From: Nitrospirota bacterium
Lineage (GTDB): Bacteria > Nitrospirota > UBA9217
Length of the DNA: 64,000 bases
Reading direction: 5' to 3'
NCBI GenBank assembly: GCA_963737155.1
Contig: CAVTRN010000001.1
Location: 1,280,001-1,344,000 of the forward strand
Shown: positions 51,858 through 61,966 of the stretch, in pieces
How the letters are laid out: every line of letters begins with the position of its first letter
Position numbering within the stretch: the stretch's first letter is position 1
Position numbers and translations under genes: made by a program
The notes under the pieces: model-generated
Told to the model about the DNA's origin: nothing
The model's input: the letters and a program-made list of their open reading frames with translations, nothing else
The model's database searches: none

Positions 51858-52505
51858 ATGGCCAAGAGGGTAGTGTTGCTCGGAGCTCCTGGTGCCGGTA
51901 AAGGTACGCAGGCGAAGATGTTAATTGAGAAGTACAAGATCCCCCAGATTTCTACGGGAGACATTCTACGCAAGGCTGTGGCTGACGGTACGCCGCTCGG
52001 CAAAGAGGCGAAAGTGATTATGGACCAGGGCGGTCTCGTATCTGATAAAATCGTACTCGGTCTCGTTGAAGAACGCATTAAGCAGCCCGACTGCATGGCT
52101 GGTTTCATCCTCGACGGGTTCCCGCGCAATACCGTGCAGGCAGAGACCCTTGACAAGATGCTTGCTGCCATGAACATGCCGCTCACGTTTGCGCTCAACA
52201 TCGATGTGGACATGAACGACCTCCTGAAACGGCTCACCGGCCGCAGGACCTGTAAGAGCTGTCAGCAGATGTACAACATCTATTTTTCTGCTCCGAAAAA
52301 GGAAGGTGTTTGCGATAAGTGCGGCGGTGCTTTATTCCAGCGCGACGACGACAAGGAAGAGACAATCAAGAAGCGGCTCGATGTTTACCAGAAGCAGACC
52401 GCGCCGCTCATCGACTACTACTCCAAGAAGAATATAATGAAGACCATTATGGGCGTGGGCTCTATCGATGAGATTTTCAAGAAAGTAACAGCGGCGCTCG
52501 GCTGA
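51858..52505 (+). CDS. adk: Adenylate kinase with zinc lid
   Basis: GAPGAGKGTQA, ISTGD, LDGFPR, CxxC...CxxC lid. Confidence 0.96.
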   Translation: MAKRVVLLGAPGAGKGTQAKMLIEKYKIPQISTGDILRKAVADGTPLGKEAKVIMDQGGLVSDKIVLGLVEERIKQPDCMAGFILDGFPRNTVQAETLDKMLAAMNMPLTFALNIDVDMNDLLKRLTGRRTCKSCQQMYNIYFSAPKKEGVCDKCGGALFQRDDDKEETIKKRLDVYQKQTAPLIDYYSKKNIMKTIMGVGSIDEIFKKVTAALG

Positions 52506-52593
52506 TATCCCGTTTCACTCGTGTACTCGGCTGTGGCCCCTGGCTACAGCAGAATATATCTATATATAAAATTCATTTAAGGAGGAACATGTT

Positions 52594-53835
52594 ATGGCAC
52601 TGGTAAAACCGCACGGTAGTAAGAAGAAGCTTATGCCCCTTCTTCTCGCCGGCTCGGCCCTGCAGAAGGAACTGAAAAAGGCCAAGACGCTGAAGCAGCT
52701 CAAGATATCCTCGCGCGAGACCGCCGATCTCGTGATGATGGGCATCGGCGCGTTCACCCCCCTAACCGGCTTCATGACCAAGAAGGACTGGAAGGGAGTC
52801 TGTGATAAGTATAAAATGGCAGACGGTACATTCTGGCCCGTCCCGGTAACGCTCTCGGCCTCGACGGATTTCGTGAATTCCCTCAAGAAGAACGAAGAAA
52901 TCACCCTCGTCGACGATGAGTCTGGCACAATCATGGCAACCATGAAGGTTGCCGAGATGTATGCAATGTCCAAAGCCGACAAGGAACATGAGTGCAAGCA
53001 GATCTTCCGAACCGTTGATGTAGCCGGACATCCAGGTGTGCAGAAGGTCATGAACCAGCCTGACTTCAACCTGGCGGGTTCGGTAAAGGTCCTCTCCGAG
53101 GCCCACTTCCCCGAGACCTTCAAGGGCATCTACATGACCCCTGCACAGACCCGCAAGATGTTCGAGGAAAAAGGCTGGAGCAAGATCGCGGCGTTCCAGA
53201 CCCGCAACCCGATGCATCGCTCCCATGAATACCTTTCCAAAATCGCCATTGAGACCATGGATGGCGTTCTCATCCATCAGATTCTGGGCAAGCTGAAGGA
53301 AGGCGATATTCCAGCCGACGTTCGCGCCAATGCCATCGACACCCTCATGGAGAAGTACTTTGTGAAAGATACTGCGATCCAGTGCGGCTACCCCATGGAG
53401 ATGCGCTATGCCGGACCGCGTGAGGCGCTGCTTCACGCGCTCTTCCGCCAGAATTTCGGATGCAGCCACCTGATCGTCGGCCGCGACCATGCCGGCGTCG
53501 GCGACTACTATGGTCCATTCGATGCCCAGAAGATTTTTGACGAGATCCCTAAGGGCGCGCTTGAAACCCAGCCGCTTAAGATCGACCATACGTTCTACTG
53601 CTTCAAGTGCGACGGCATGGCATCCATGAGGACCTGCCCCCATCAAAAGGAAGACAGGCTCATGCTGTCGGGCACCAAACTCCGGAAGATGCTTTCCGAG
53701 GGAGAGAACGTTCCCGATCACTTCAGCCGCCCCGAAGTGCTAGAGATCCTCAAGAAATACTATGCGGGCCTCACCGAGAAAGTGGAGATCAAGCTGCACA
53801 GCCATGCGGAAGGCACACATACGGAGAAGAGATAA
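52594..53835 (+). CDS. sat: Sulfate adenylyltransferase
   Basis: [27 protein letters not shown]. Confidence 0.97.
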   Translation: MALVKPHGSKKKLMPLLLAGSALQKELKKAKTLKQLKISSRETADLVMMGIGAFTPLTGFMTKKDWKGVCDKYKMADGTFWPVPVTLSASTDFVNSLKKNEEITLVDDESGTIMATMKVAEMYAMSKADKEHECKQIFRTVDVAGHPGVQKVMNQPDFNLAGSVKVLSEAHFPETFKGIYMTPAQTRKMFEEKGWSKIAAFQTRNPMHRSHEYLSKIAIETMDGVLIHQILGKLKEGDIPADVRANAIDTLMEKYFVKDTAIQCGYPMEMRYAGPREALLHALFRQNFGCSHLIVGRDHAGVGDYYGPFDAQKIFDEIPKGALETQPLKIDHTFYCFKCDGMASMRTCPHQKEDRLMLSGTKLRKMLSEGENVPDHFSRPEVLEILKKYYAGLTEKVEIKLHSHAEGTHTEKR

Positions 53836-53895
53836 TAACGGATAAACGACTGCAGACGCAGTTTACTTCATTCCAAGGATAGGAGGTTCAGAAAT

Positions 53896-54327
53896 ATGCC
53901 GAGTTATGTGATTACAGAGAAGTGTGACGGCTGCAAGGCGCAAGATAAGACTGCTTGCCAGTATATCTGCCCGAACGACCTCATGGCCCTGAACAGGGAT
54001 CTCATGAAGGCGTACAATCAGGAACCGGAGCAGTGCTGGGAGTGCTACAACTGCGTAAAGATTTGCCCGCAGCAGGCGATCGAAATCCGGGCGTATCAGG
54101 ACTTCGCACCTTTGGGCGCGAACGTGATCCCCATGAGGGGTACGGACTCCATCATGTGGACCATCAAGTTCCGGAACGGGATACTGAAACGGTTTAAGTT
54201 CCCGATCAGGACCACTGCCGAAGGTTCGGTCGATCCCTACCAGGGAAAGCCTGAGGCGGATATGGCAAAACTCAAACAGCCGGGCTACTTCACAACGTCG
54301 AAGCCTATGCCGGTAATCAAGAAATAA
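53896..54327 (+). CDS. aprB: Adenylylsulfate reductase beta subunit
   Basis: CDGCK...CQYICP, CWECYNCVKICP, WTIKFRNG. Confidence 0.97.
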   Translation: MPSYVITEKCDGCKAQDKTACQYICPNDLMALNRDLMKAYNQEPEQCWECYNCVKICPQQAIEIRAYQDFAPLGANVIPMRGTDSIMWTIKFRNGILKRFKFPIRTTAEGSVDPYQGKPEADMAKLKQPGYFTTSKPMPVIKK

Positions 54328-54340
54328 GGAGGAAAGACTA

Positions 54341-56374
54341 ATGGAAAAAGAGACTTGTACCTTTTCATTTTGCAAGAAGCCGGCGATTGAAGAAATCACT
54401 ACTGATCTCCTCCTCATCGGCGGCGGTATGGCCTGTTGCGGCGCGGCATTCGAAGGCGCACGCTGGGCTAACCCCAAGAAGATAAAAATCACCATGGTGG
54501 ACAAGGCCGCGACCGACCGGTCCGGTGCCGTTGCCATGGGCCTGTCGGCCATCAATACCTATATGGGCGAGAACGATCCGGCAGACTATGTGAAGATGGT
54601 AAGAAATGACCTCATGGGCATTATTCGCGAAGACCTGGTCTATGATCTCGGCCGCCACGTGGATGATTCCGTGAAGCTTTTTGAGGAGTGGGGCCTTCCG
54701 ATCTGGAAAGTAGGCGATGACGGCTTCTCTCTCGACGGTTTCCAGGCAAAGGAAGCCGGAAAAGCCATGCTGAAAGACGGTGGTAAGCCGGTTCGCTCCG
54801 GCAAATGGCAGATCATGATCAATGGCGAATCCTATAAGGTGATCGTCGCGGAAGCCGCTAAAAAGGCCCTCCAGACCAACCGTGAGGCCACCGGTGTCGC
54901 GCAGAACCATTTCGAACGCGTGTTCATCGTGAAACTTTACAACGATGCAAAGGATCCAAACCGCGTTGCAGCAGCAGCCGGTTTCAGTGTCCGTGAGAAT
55001 AAGATCTATGTCTTCAAGGCACAAGCCATGGTGCTTGCCGCCGGCGGAGCGGTGAACGTGTTCCGTCCCCGGTCGACCCAGGAAGGCCAGGGCCGCGCAT
55101 GGTATCCCGTATGGAATTCCGGTTCCGGCTATGCACTTGGTCTCCAGGCTGGCGCAGAACTCACCATGATGGAAAACCGTTTCGTCCCCGCCCGTTTTAA
55201 GGACGGATACGGACCGGTGGGCGCTTGGTTCCTGTTCTTTAAGGCCAAAGCAACCAACAGCCTCGGCGAGGACTATTGCGCCAACCCAGAAGCCCTGGCG
55301 GAAGCGAAGGCCAAGTATGGCAAGTATGTTGATGTTCTCGGCACGGCACTCCGCAATCACCTTATGATGCGCGACATGAAGATGGGCAAAGGCCCGATCC
55401 TCATGAGAACCGATGAAGCAATGGCCGCCATCAACAAGACCTTCAAGGACAAGCTCGGAGACAAAGAGGGCGCCAAGAAGGTGAAACACCTCGAGGCTGA
55501 GGCATGGGAAGACTTCCTCGATATGGCCATCGGCCAGGCCGGACTCTGGGCCGCGAAGAACATCGAGCCGGACAAGACGCCGTCCGAAATTATGCCGACC
55601 GAGCCCTATCTCCTCGGTTCGCATGCGGGATGCGCCGGCTTCTGGTGCTGCGGTCCCGATGACCTCGGCGCTCCGGAAGAATGGAACAAGAAGTGGCCTG
55701 CAGGCAACTATAACCGCATGTCCACAGTGAAGGGCCTCTTCATGTGCGGCGATATCTGCGGCGCTTCCGGTCACAAGTTCTCCTCCGGTTCGCATGCAGA
55801 AGGCCGTATTGCGGTCAAGAGTGCTCTTGCATTCATGCTCGATAACCCGGGCTACACCCCGACCATTAAGGAAACGGCGGACCATCTGGCGGCTGAGCTC
55901 TACTTGCCTTTCGAGGTCTACGAGAAGCACAAGACCTACACCACGGCCCCGGAGATTAACCCGAACTACATCAAGCCGAAAATGCTCCAGACCCGTCTGC
56001 AGAAAATCTCTGACGAGTATTTTGGTGGTATCTCGACCTGGTACATGACCTCCAAGACCATGCTCAACGAAGGTCTGAAGCAGCTCCAGATGCTGAAGGA
56101 AGACACTTCCAAAATGGCGGCAAGCAACCTGCACGAGCTGATGCGCTGCTGGGAAAACTACCACCGCATCCTTTCCGTGGAGGCCCATGCGCGCCACATC
56201 CTGTTCAGGGAAGAGTCGCGGTATCCTGGCTACTACTATCGCGGCGACTTTGATCTCGTGGATGACGTCAACTGGAAGGCTTTCGTGAATTCCAAGTATG
56301 ACATCGAGAAAGACACCTGGGAAGTCAAAAAGGTGCCTTACGTACAGCTGGTTCCAGATGGATCTGGTCATTAA
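54341..56374 (+). CDS. aprA: Adenylylsulfate reductase alpha subunit
   Basis: RSGAVAMGLSAINTY, WQIMINGESYK, GHKFSSGSH, ESRYPG. Confidence 0.97.
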   Translation: MEKETCTFSFCKKPAIEEITTDLLLIGGGMACCGAAFEGARWANPKKIKITMVDKAATDRSGAVAMGLSAINTYMGENDPADYVKMVRNDLMGIIREDLVYDLGRHVDDSVKLFEEWGLPIWKVGDDGFSLDGFQAKEAGKAMLKDGGKPVRSGKWQIMINGESYKVIVAEAAKKALQTNREATGVAQNHFERVFIVKLYNDAKDPNRVAAAAGFSVRENKIYVFKAQAMVLAAGGAVNVFRPRSTQEGQGRAWYPVWNSGSGYALGLQAGAELTMMENRFVPARFKDGYGPVGAWFLFFKAKATNSLGEDYCANPEALAEAKAKYGKYVDVLGTALRNHLMMRDMKMGKGPILMRTDEAMAAINKTFKDKLGDKEGAKKVKHLEAEAWEDFLDMAIGQAGLWAAKNIEPDKTPSEIMPTEPYLLGSHAGCAGFWCCGPDDLGAPEEWNKKWPAGNYNRMSTVKGLFMCGDICGASGHKFSSGSHAEGRIAVKSALAFMLDNPGYTPTIKETADHLAAELYLPFEVYEKHKTYTTAPEINPNYIKPKMLQTRLQKISDEYFGGISTWYMTSKTMLNEGLKQLQMLKEDTSKMAASNLHELMRCWENYHRILSVEAHARHILFREESRYPGYYYRGDFDLVDDVNWKAFVNSKYDIEKDTWEVKKVPYVQLVPDGSGH

Positions 56375-56386
56375 GAACATTCACAA

Positions 56387-56420
56387 CTCCGGGGAGGGAC
56401 AACCCTCCCCGGAGATTTTA
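56387..56420 (+). terminator. Rho-independent terminator/stabiliser after aprA
   Basis: CTCCGGGGAGGG-ACAA-CCCTCCCCGGAG followed by ATTTT. Confidence 0.75.
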
Positions 56421-56539
56421 TTGAAAATTGAAAAGTGAAAATTTTACTATCCGGGCTAAAGACGATCTTAAAATTTCCAGTCTTCAATTTCCCATTCCAT
56501 TTGTTTCGGTTTCACTGCCTTAAGGAGGAATAAGATACC

Positions 56540-57790
56540 ATGGCGGAAAATAAGGTATTGGTTGTCGGCGGAGGCTTCAGCGGCCTTACGGCGGCAGTAG
56601 AGGCCGCAGAGGCGGGTTGCGATGTTGTTTTAGTTGAAAAGAACCCCTATCTCGGCGGCCGGGTGACGCAGCTGAACAAGTATTTCTGGAAGATGTGCCC
56701 CCCAAACTGCGGCCTCGAGATCCAGTACAAGAGGATCAAGAATAACGGGCAGGTGAAGATCTATACCATGACTGAAGTGGAGAAGATTTCTGGCTCGGAA
56801 GGCAACTTCGATGTGACCCTGAAGGTGCAGCCCCGATTTGTGAACGATAAATGCGTGGCCTGCAACAAATGTGCCGAGGCTTGCCCCGTAGATCGGCCAA
56901 ATGACTTCGATTTTGGCATGAGCAAGACGAAAGCGGCCTACCTCCCGCACAACCAGGCATTTCCACTCCAGTATGTCATCGACGGCAAGGTCTGCAAAGG
57001 GTCGGCCTGCAATAAATGCGCGGAAGCATGCGCCTATGATGCGATCAAGCTCGATATGAAAGCCGAGACAGTGAATGTAAAAGTCGGTGCCGTGGTCATG
57101 GCCACGGGCTGGAATCCTTACGATGCCACGAAGATGGACAACCTTTCCTTTGGTAAAGTTCAGAACGTTATCACGAACATGATGATGGAACGGCTGGCTG
57201 CTCCGAATGGCCCGACGGCTGGCAAGATCGTGCGGCCCTCGGACGGCAAGGAAGTTAAGAACATCGCTTTTGTGCAATGCGCTGGTTCGCGCGACGAGAA
57301 TCACCTGCCCTTTTGTTCATATATCTGTTGCTTGGCGTCTATTAAACAGGCGACCTATGTCAGGGAACTCTACCCCGACTCCAAAGTAAAGATTTTTTAT
57401 ATTGATATTAGAACTCCCGGACTCTTCGAGAACCGGTTCTATACTAAAATCAAAGAAGATCAGAACGTTTCCTTCCTCAAGGGCAAGGTCGCCAAGATTG
57501 AGCAGGGCCAGAACGGTGATGTTAAAGTCACGGCCGAAGACATCCACGGTGGCGGCAAGGTCACCGAGACGTTCGAGATGGTTGTGCTCGCTACAGGAAT
57601 GCAGCCTGAAGTAGACTCCCTCAAGAGTGCAGGTGTTGCGGCGACTGATGATGGCTTTGTGGATCAGGCAACGCTCCCGAAAGGCATCTACGCCACCGGG
57701 ACGCTCAAAACCCCCGTTGATGTGGCTCGGTCCGCACAGGATGCCACTGGAGTGGTCATGAAGAGCATCCAGAGCTTGAGGAGGAAATAA
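56540..57790 (+). CDS. qmoA: QmoA (HdrA-like flavoprotein)
   Basis: GGGFSG, CPPNCG, QCAGSRD, CSYICC. Follows aprA. Confidence 0.93.
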   Translation: MAENKVLVVGGGFSGLTAAVEAAEAGCDVVLVEKNPYLGGRVTQLNKYFWKMCPPNCGLEIQYKRIKNNGQVKIYTMTEVEKISGSEGNFDVTLKVQPRFVNDKCVACNKCAEACPVDRPNDFDFGMSKTKAAYLPHNQAFPLQYVIDGKVCKGSACNKCAEACAYDAIKLDMKAETVNVKVGAVVMATGWNPYDATKMDNLSFGKVQNVITNMMMERLAAPNGPTAGKIVRPSDGKEVKNIAFVQCAGSRDENHLPFCSYICCLASIKQATYVRELYPDSKVKIFYIDIRTPGLFENRFYTKIKEDQNVSFLKGKVAKIEQGQNGDVKVTAEDIHGGGKVTETFEMVVLATGMQPEVDSLKSAGVAATDDGFVDQATLPKGIYATGTLKTPVDVARSAQDATGVVMKSIQSLRRK

Positions 57791-57792
57791 GG

Positions 57793-60027
57793 ATGGAGAA
57801 GAAATACGGCGTATATATCTGTAAGGGATGCGGCATCAAGGAGGCGATCGACATTGCAAAGCTCGAGGGCGCAGCCAAGAAAGTGCCGCTTTGCAAAAAT
57901 CACGATATCCTGTGCAGCCCCGCGGGACTGGAGCTTATAAAAGACGATATAGCGAAGGAAGGCATAAACACGCTGATCATTGCCGCTTGTTCTCCTCGTG
58001 CAAAAACAGAGGAGTTCTCCTTTTCCGGTGCTCTCGTTGAGCGGGTGAACATTCGCGAATTCGTTGCTTGGGTCATGGAGCCGAATACGGATGCGACAAA
58101 TGACGCTGCCTATGATTACCTTAACATGGGCATTGTGAAGGCCCAAAAGGGTAATCTGCCGGAGCCGAGTATCCTGCAGGATCTGAGCAGCACGATTCTA
58201 GTCATTGGCGGTGGTATTGCCGGCATGACGGCAGCCCTCTCCGCAGCAAACGCGGGTCACCAGGTTGTGCTTGTGGAGAAGGATGCGCAACTTGGCGGAT
58301 TCGTAAACAAGCTCTACAAGAAAATCCCAACGGGAACGTATTTCAACAAGCCACTTATCGTGGACACCGATATTGCCAAGACCGTGAATGAAGTCGAAAG
58401 CAACGCGAACATCAAAGTATATAAGTCGACAACAGTTGCCAAAACCGATGGTCAGCCTGGCCTTTACGCTGTGACGCTTTCGAACGGAGAGGCCCTGAAG
58501 ATCGGTGCAATCGTCATGACCACGGGTTGGAAACCCTACGATGCAAATAAACTCGAATACCTCGGCTACGGAAAATTTAAGAACGTAGTCACGAACCTCG
58601 AACTCGAAGAGATCGCGAAGAAGAACAACGGTAAGCTCCTCCGGCCTTCTGATGGAAAGCCAGCTAAGAAGGTTGCTTTTGTCCAGTGTGCAGGCCAGCG
58701 CGACCCGAATCACCTTCCTTATTGCTCTTCCATGTGCTGCGCTACGTCGCTGAAGCAGGCGCAGTATGTACGCCAGAATGAAGACGCCCTTGCAATGATC
58801 TTCTACAAGGATATCAGAACGCCAGGAAGAACCGAGCTCTATTACAAAGAAGCGCAGAACAACCCGGGAGTGATGCTCTCCAAGGCAGATGTGACCGCCG
58901 TATCCGATGCCGGAAATGGCAATATGTTCGTAGAAATGGAAAATACTCTTTTTGGAACCAAGACTGGCGAAAGGGTGAAAGTTGAAGCGGATCTCGTAGT
59001 CCTTGCAACGGGCATGGTCCCGACCACGCGGTGGCCCCAGGATTACGCCGACGGCCTTACTAAGGCTGCCGGAGGCGGCGACGAAGCCAAAAAGAACTAC
59101 CTTGAGCAGACTCCAAAACCCGACTACATCTTAAACCTCGGTTATCGTCAGGGACCGGAAATTCCGACCCTCGAAGGGGCCGTCGGTTTTGCCGACTCCA
59201 ACTTTATCTGCTTTCAGTACGAGACGCGCAGGACCGGCATCTATGCTGCCGGCGGAGTGCATCAGCCCATGAATATGGCCGAGGCGCAGGAAGATGCCGC
59301 TGGAGCCGCTTTCAAAGCCATCCAGGCCATGGACCATGTGGCGCGCGGCGTTGCGGTCCATCCCCGGTCATGGGATGTCACCTTCCCCGACCCGATGCTC
59401 ATCAAATGCACGGCATGCAAACGGTGCACGGAGGAGTGCCCCTTCGGAGCAATCGATGAAGACGAAAAGGGCATTCCCAAGTACAACCTCAACCGCTGCC
59501 GTCGCTGCGGGACCTGCATGGGCGCTTGTCCGGAACGCATCGTTTCATTCAAGGACTACAGCGTGGACATTATCGGCTCCATGCTCAAGGGTATCGATGT
59601 CCCCGACGATGAAGACACGTTCCGGATTGTTTGCCTCGTATGCGAGAACGATGCATATCCCGCGCTTGACACGGCGGCGATTAACCGCAAGAAGATCGAT
59701 CCGTCAGTGCGCTTTGCATCACTGCGATGCCTCGGCGGTATGAACCTCGTCTGGGTCGCGGACGTACTCTCGAAAGGCATAGATGGCATGCTGCTCCTCG
59801 GCTGCAAGTTCGGAGAGAATTACCAGTGTCACTTCGTGAAGGGGAGCGAACTAGCGAATACCCGGTTTAGCAAGGTGAGCGAAACCCTGAACCGGCTGCA
59901 GCTCGAGTCCGACCGCGTCCAGTTGATGCAGATCGCGATTAACGAGTACGACAAGTTGCCTGACTTGATCAATGAATTCGTTGAGAAGGTCAAAGCGATT
60001 GGACCGAACCCGTTCAAGAGCATGTAA
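57793..60027 (+). CDS. qmoB: QmoB (HdrA-like with C-terminal MvhD-like domain)
   Basis: FAD motif, two ferredoxin motifs, CENDAYPALD, GCKFGENYQCHF. Confidence 0.93.
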   Translation: MEKKYGVYICKGCGIKEAIDIAKLEGAAKKVPLCKNHDILCSPAGLELIKDDIAKEGINTLIIAACSPRAKTEEFSFSGALVERVNIREFVAWVMEPNTDATNDAAYDYLNMGIVKAQKGNLPEPSILQDLSSTILVIGGGIAGMTAALSAANAGHQVVLVEKDAQLGGFVNKLYKKIPTGTYFNKPLIVDTDIAKTVNEVESNANIKVYKSTTVAKTDGQPGLYAVTLSNGEALKIGAIVMTTGWKPYDANKLEYLGYGKFKNVVTNLELEEIAKKNNGKLLRPSDGKPAKKVAFVQCAGQRDPNHLPYCSSMCCATSLKQAQYVRQNEDALAMIFYKDIRTPGRTELYYKEAQNNPGVMLSKADVTAVSDAGNGNMFVEMENTLFGTKTGERVKVEADLVVLATGMVPTTRWPQDYADGLTKAAGGGDEAKKNYLEQTPKPDYILNLGYRQGPEIPTLEGAVGFADSNFICFQYETRRTGIYAAGGVHQPMNMAEAQEDAAGAAFKAIQAMDHVARGVAVHPRSWDVTFPDPMLIKCTACKRCTEECPFGAIDEDEKGIPKYNLNRCRRCGTCMGACPERIVSFKDYSVDIIGSMLKGIDVPDDEDTFRIVCLVCENDAYPALDTAAINRKKIDPSVRFASLRCLGGMNLVWVADVLSKGIDGMLLLGCKFGENYQCHFVKGSELANTRFSKVSETLNRLQLESDRVQLMQIAINEYDKLPDLINEFVEKVKAIGPNPFKSM

Positions 60028-60132
60028 TTCACATGCTGAGTTCGGCCCCCTGCTTAAGACTTGCCGGGGCATGTTTCGTAGTACGGAGTTATAAAACAAA
60101 CAACTCCTAACTAGAGTAATGGGAGGAACTAC

Positions 60133-61293
60133 ATGTCTGACGCAACGGTTATCAAACCTGACTTACAATTTGTGAATGAGATCATCAACGGCGGCGGGGA
60201 GTCACTGAAAAAGTGCTATCAGTGCGCCACCTGCTCAGTCGTCTGCAATGTTACTCCCGACGACAATCCTTTTCCCCGGAAAGAGATGGTTCTTGCCCAG
60301 TGGGGCCAGAAGGACAAACTTGTCACAAGCCCCGATGTCTGGCTCTGTCACCAGTGCAGTGACTGTACGGCCTATTGTCCCCGCGGTGCAAAACCGGGTG
60401 AAGTGCTGAATGCCATCAGGAAGCAAAGCATCAAGCACGTTGCCATGGTGCCTCTCTTTGCAAAGATAGCGACGGACCCTTCACTCATCTGGCTTCTATT
60501 TGCGATTCCCATGGCGCTGTTCTACGCCATTCTAGTAGTGCTTGGGAACGGGAGCTTTACTGCGCCGAGAGCCGAGGGGAATATCATGGCCTATCATAAG
60601 TTTGTTCCCGTACCAGTGATCGATACGGTTTTCATTCTCACAGCGCTTTTTGCCGTAGTATCGGCCTTCGTCGGCATCAAGCGTCTTTGGAGCGGGATGA
60701 AAGCGCAAGCCGAAACGATGAAATCGACGGGAAGCCTGGGTGGGGACATCGTTGCATCTATCACCGAGATCCTAACCCACTCCAAATTCGCGGATTGCAC
60801 TGTGAACAAGGGCAGGCAACTTGGCCACATGCTCCTATTTTATGCCTTTGCCGGACTCGCCGTGGTCACCACGTGGGCGATAGTTTACCTCTATGGGTTT
60901 GAACTTCTCGGGATTCAGCCGTTTGGCCCGTTCCACTTCGGTGAATCGCCCTACCCGATAAACGATCCCGTGAAAATACTAGCTCTCGCTTGCTCAATGG
61001 CATTTGCCGTTGGCGTTATCCTTCTCTTGATGAACCGCCTTGCACAGGCCGGGAAGGCCGGGATGGGGTCCTACTTCGACTGGATATTCCTCACGATCGT
61101 GATCGGTGTTGGCGCAACGGGCATGCTGTCCTGGGCGCTCCGCCTTGCGGACATGAATGTGGGATATTTTGTCTATTATCTTCATCTTGTGTTCATATGG
61201 TCGTTGTTCGCCTATGCGCCTTATTCTAAATTCGCTCACTTGTTCTATCGCACGACCGCTATGGTATTTGTGAGACATTCCGGTCGCAAGTAG
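60133..61293 (+). CDS. qmoC: QmoC (HdrC-like FeS domain plus membrane domain)
   Basis: CYQCATCSVVC, CHQCSDCTAYCP, TM helices, PYSKFAH. Confidence 0.93.
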   Translation: MSDATVIKPDLQFVNEIINGGGESLKKCYQCATCSVVCNVTPDDNPFPRKEMVLAQWGQKDKLVTSPDVWLCHQCSDCTAYCPRGAKPGEVLNAIRKQSIKHVAMVPLFAKIATDPSLIWLLFAIPMALFYAILVVLGNGSFTAPRAEGNIMAYHKFVPVPVIDTVFILTALFAVVSAFVGIKRLWSGMKAQAETMKSTGSLGGDIVASITEILTHSKFADCTVNKGRQLGHMLLFYAFAGLAVVTTWAIVYLYGFELLGIQPFGPFHFGESPYPINDPVKILALACSMAFAVGVILLLMNRLAQAGKAGMGSYFDWIFLTIVIGVGATGMLSWALRLADMNVGYFVYYLHLVFIWSLFAYAPYSKFAHLFYRTTAMVFVRHSGRK

Positions 61294-61364
61294 GGTCAGG
61301 CTTCGCCTGCCCGGAAATAAAGGCCAACTGCGGAGATTGTCCTTACAGAATATGGGAGTATGCC

Positions 61365-61802
61365 ATGAAAGTTAAAGAACTGCTTAGTATCAAAGGTTTG
61401 GAGTGTTTCAGCATCACCGGCGATCAGTCGCTTCTTGATGGAGCGAAACAAATGGCGGAATGCAATATTGGTGCCCTGCTTGTTATGGATCGGGGCTCGC
61501 TCGTGGGCATCATTACCGAGCGTGACATTGTAAAAAACACGGCTAACGAGAAAGCTCAAAGCAAAGACGTGAAGATCAAAGATGTCATGAGCACCAATCT
61601 GCTTGTCGTTAAGCCTGGCGATGATCTCGATTATGTCATGGCGATCATGATTCAGAACAATATCCGTCATACGCCAGTTGTCGAGGAAAGCGGACTGGTG
61701 GGACTCCTTTCAATGCGCGACGTGGTGCGGGTCCTGGTCAAAAATCTGAAGGCGGAGAACCATTATCTGAAGGATATGATTGGCGGTAAGTTCGAGGTAT
61801 AA
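61365..61802 (+). CDS. Stand-alone CBS-pair protein
   Basis: IGALLV...GIITERD and IRHTPV...GLLSMRD. Confidence 0.9.
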   Translation: MKVKELLSIKGLECFSITGDQSLLDGAKQMAECNIGALLVMDRGSLVGIITERDIVKNTANEKAQSKDVKIKDVMSTNLLVVKPGDDLDYVMAIMIQNNIRHTPVVEESGLVGLLSMRDVVRVLVKNLKAENHYLKDMIGGKFEV

Positions 61803-61966
61803 CGGATCGCATCAAATAATATCAAAGAGGGAGGGATGCAGGGGAACGTTGTCGACAGATCTTACTGCAACACACTTCATCGCGGATGTGATGAACGGGT
61901 TTCATAACGATGTAATCGGAATTGACATTCCACATAGTAAATTTACGTAAGGGAGGAGATTATACA

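Noticed and set aside
54365-56380. 671-aa minus-strand ORF, and other long antisense ORFs over sat, parC and hppA
   Set aside because: Antisense shadows of highly biased coding genes with no recognisable motifs.
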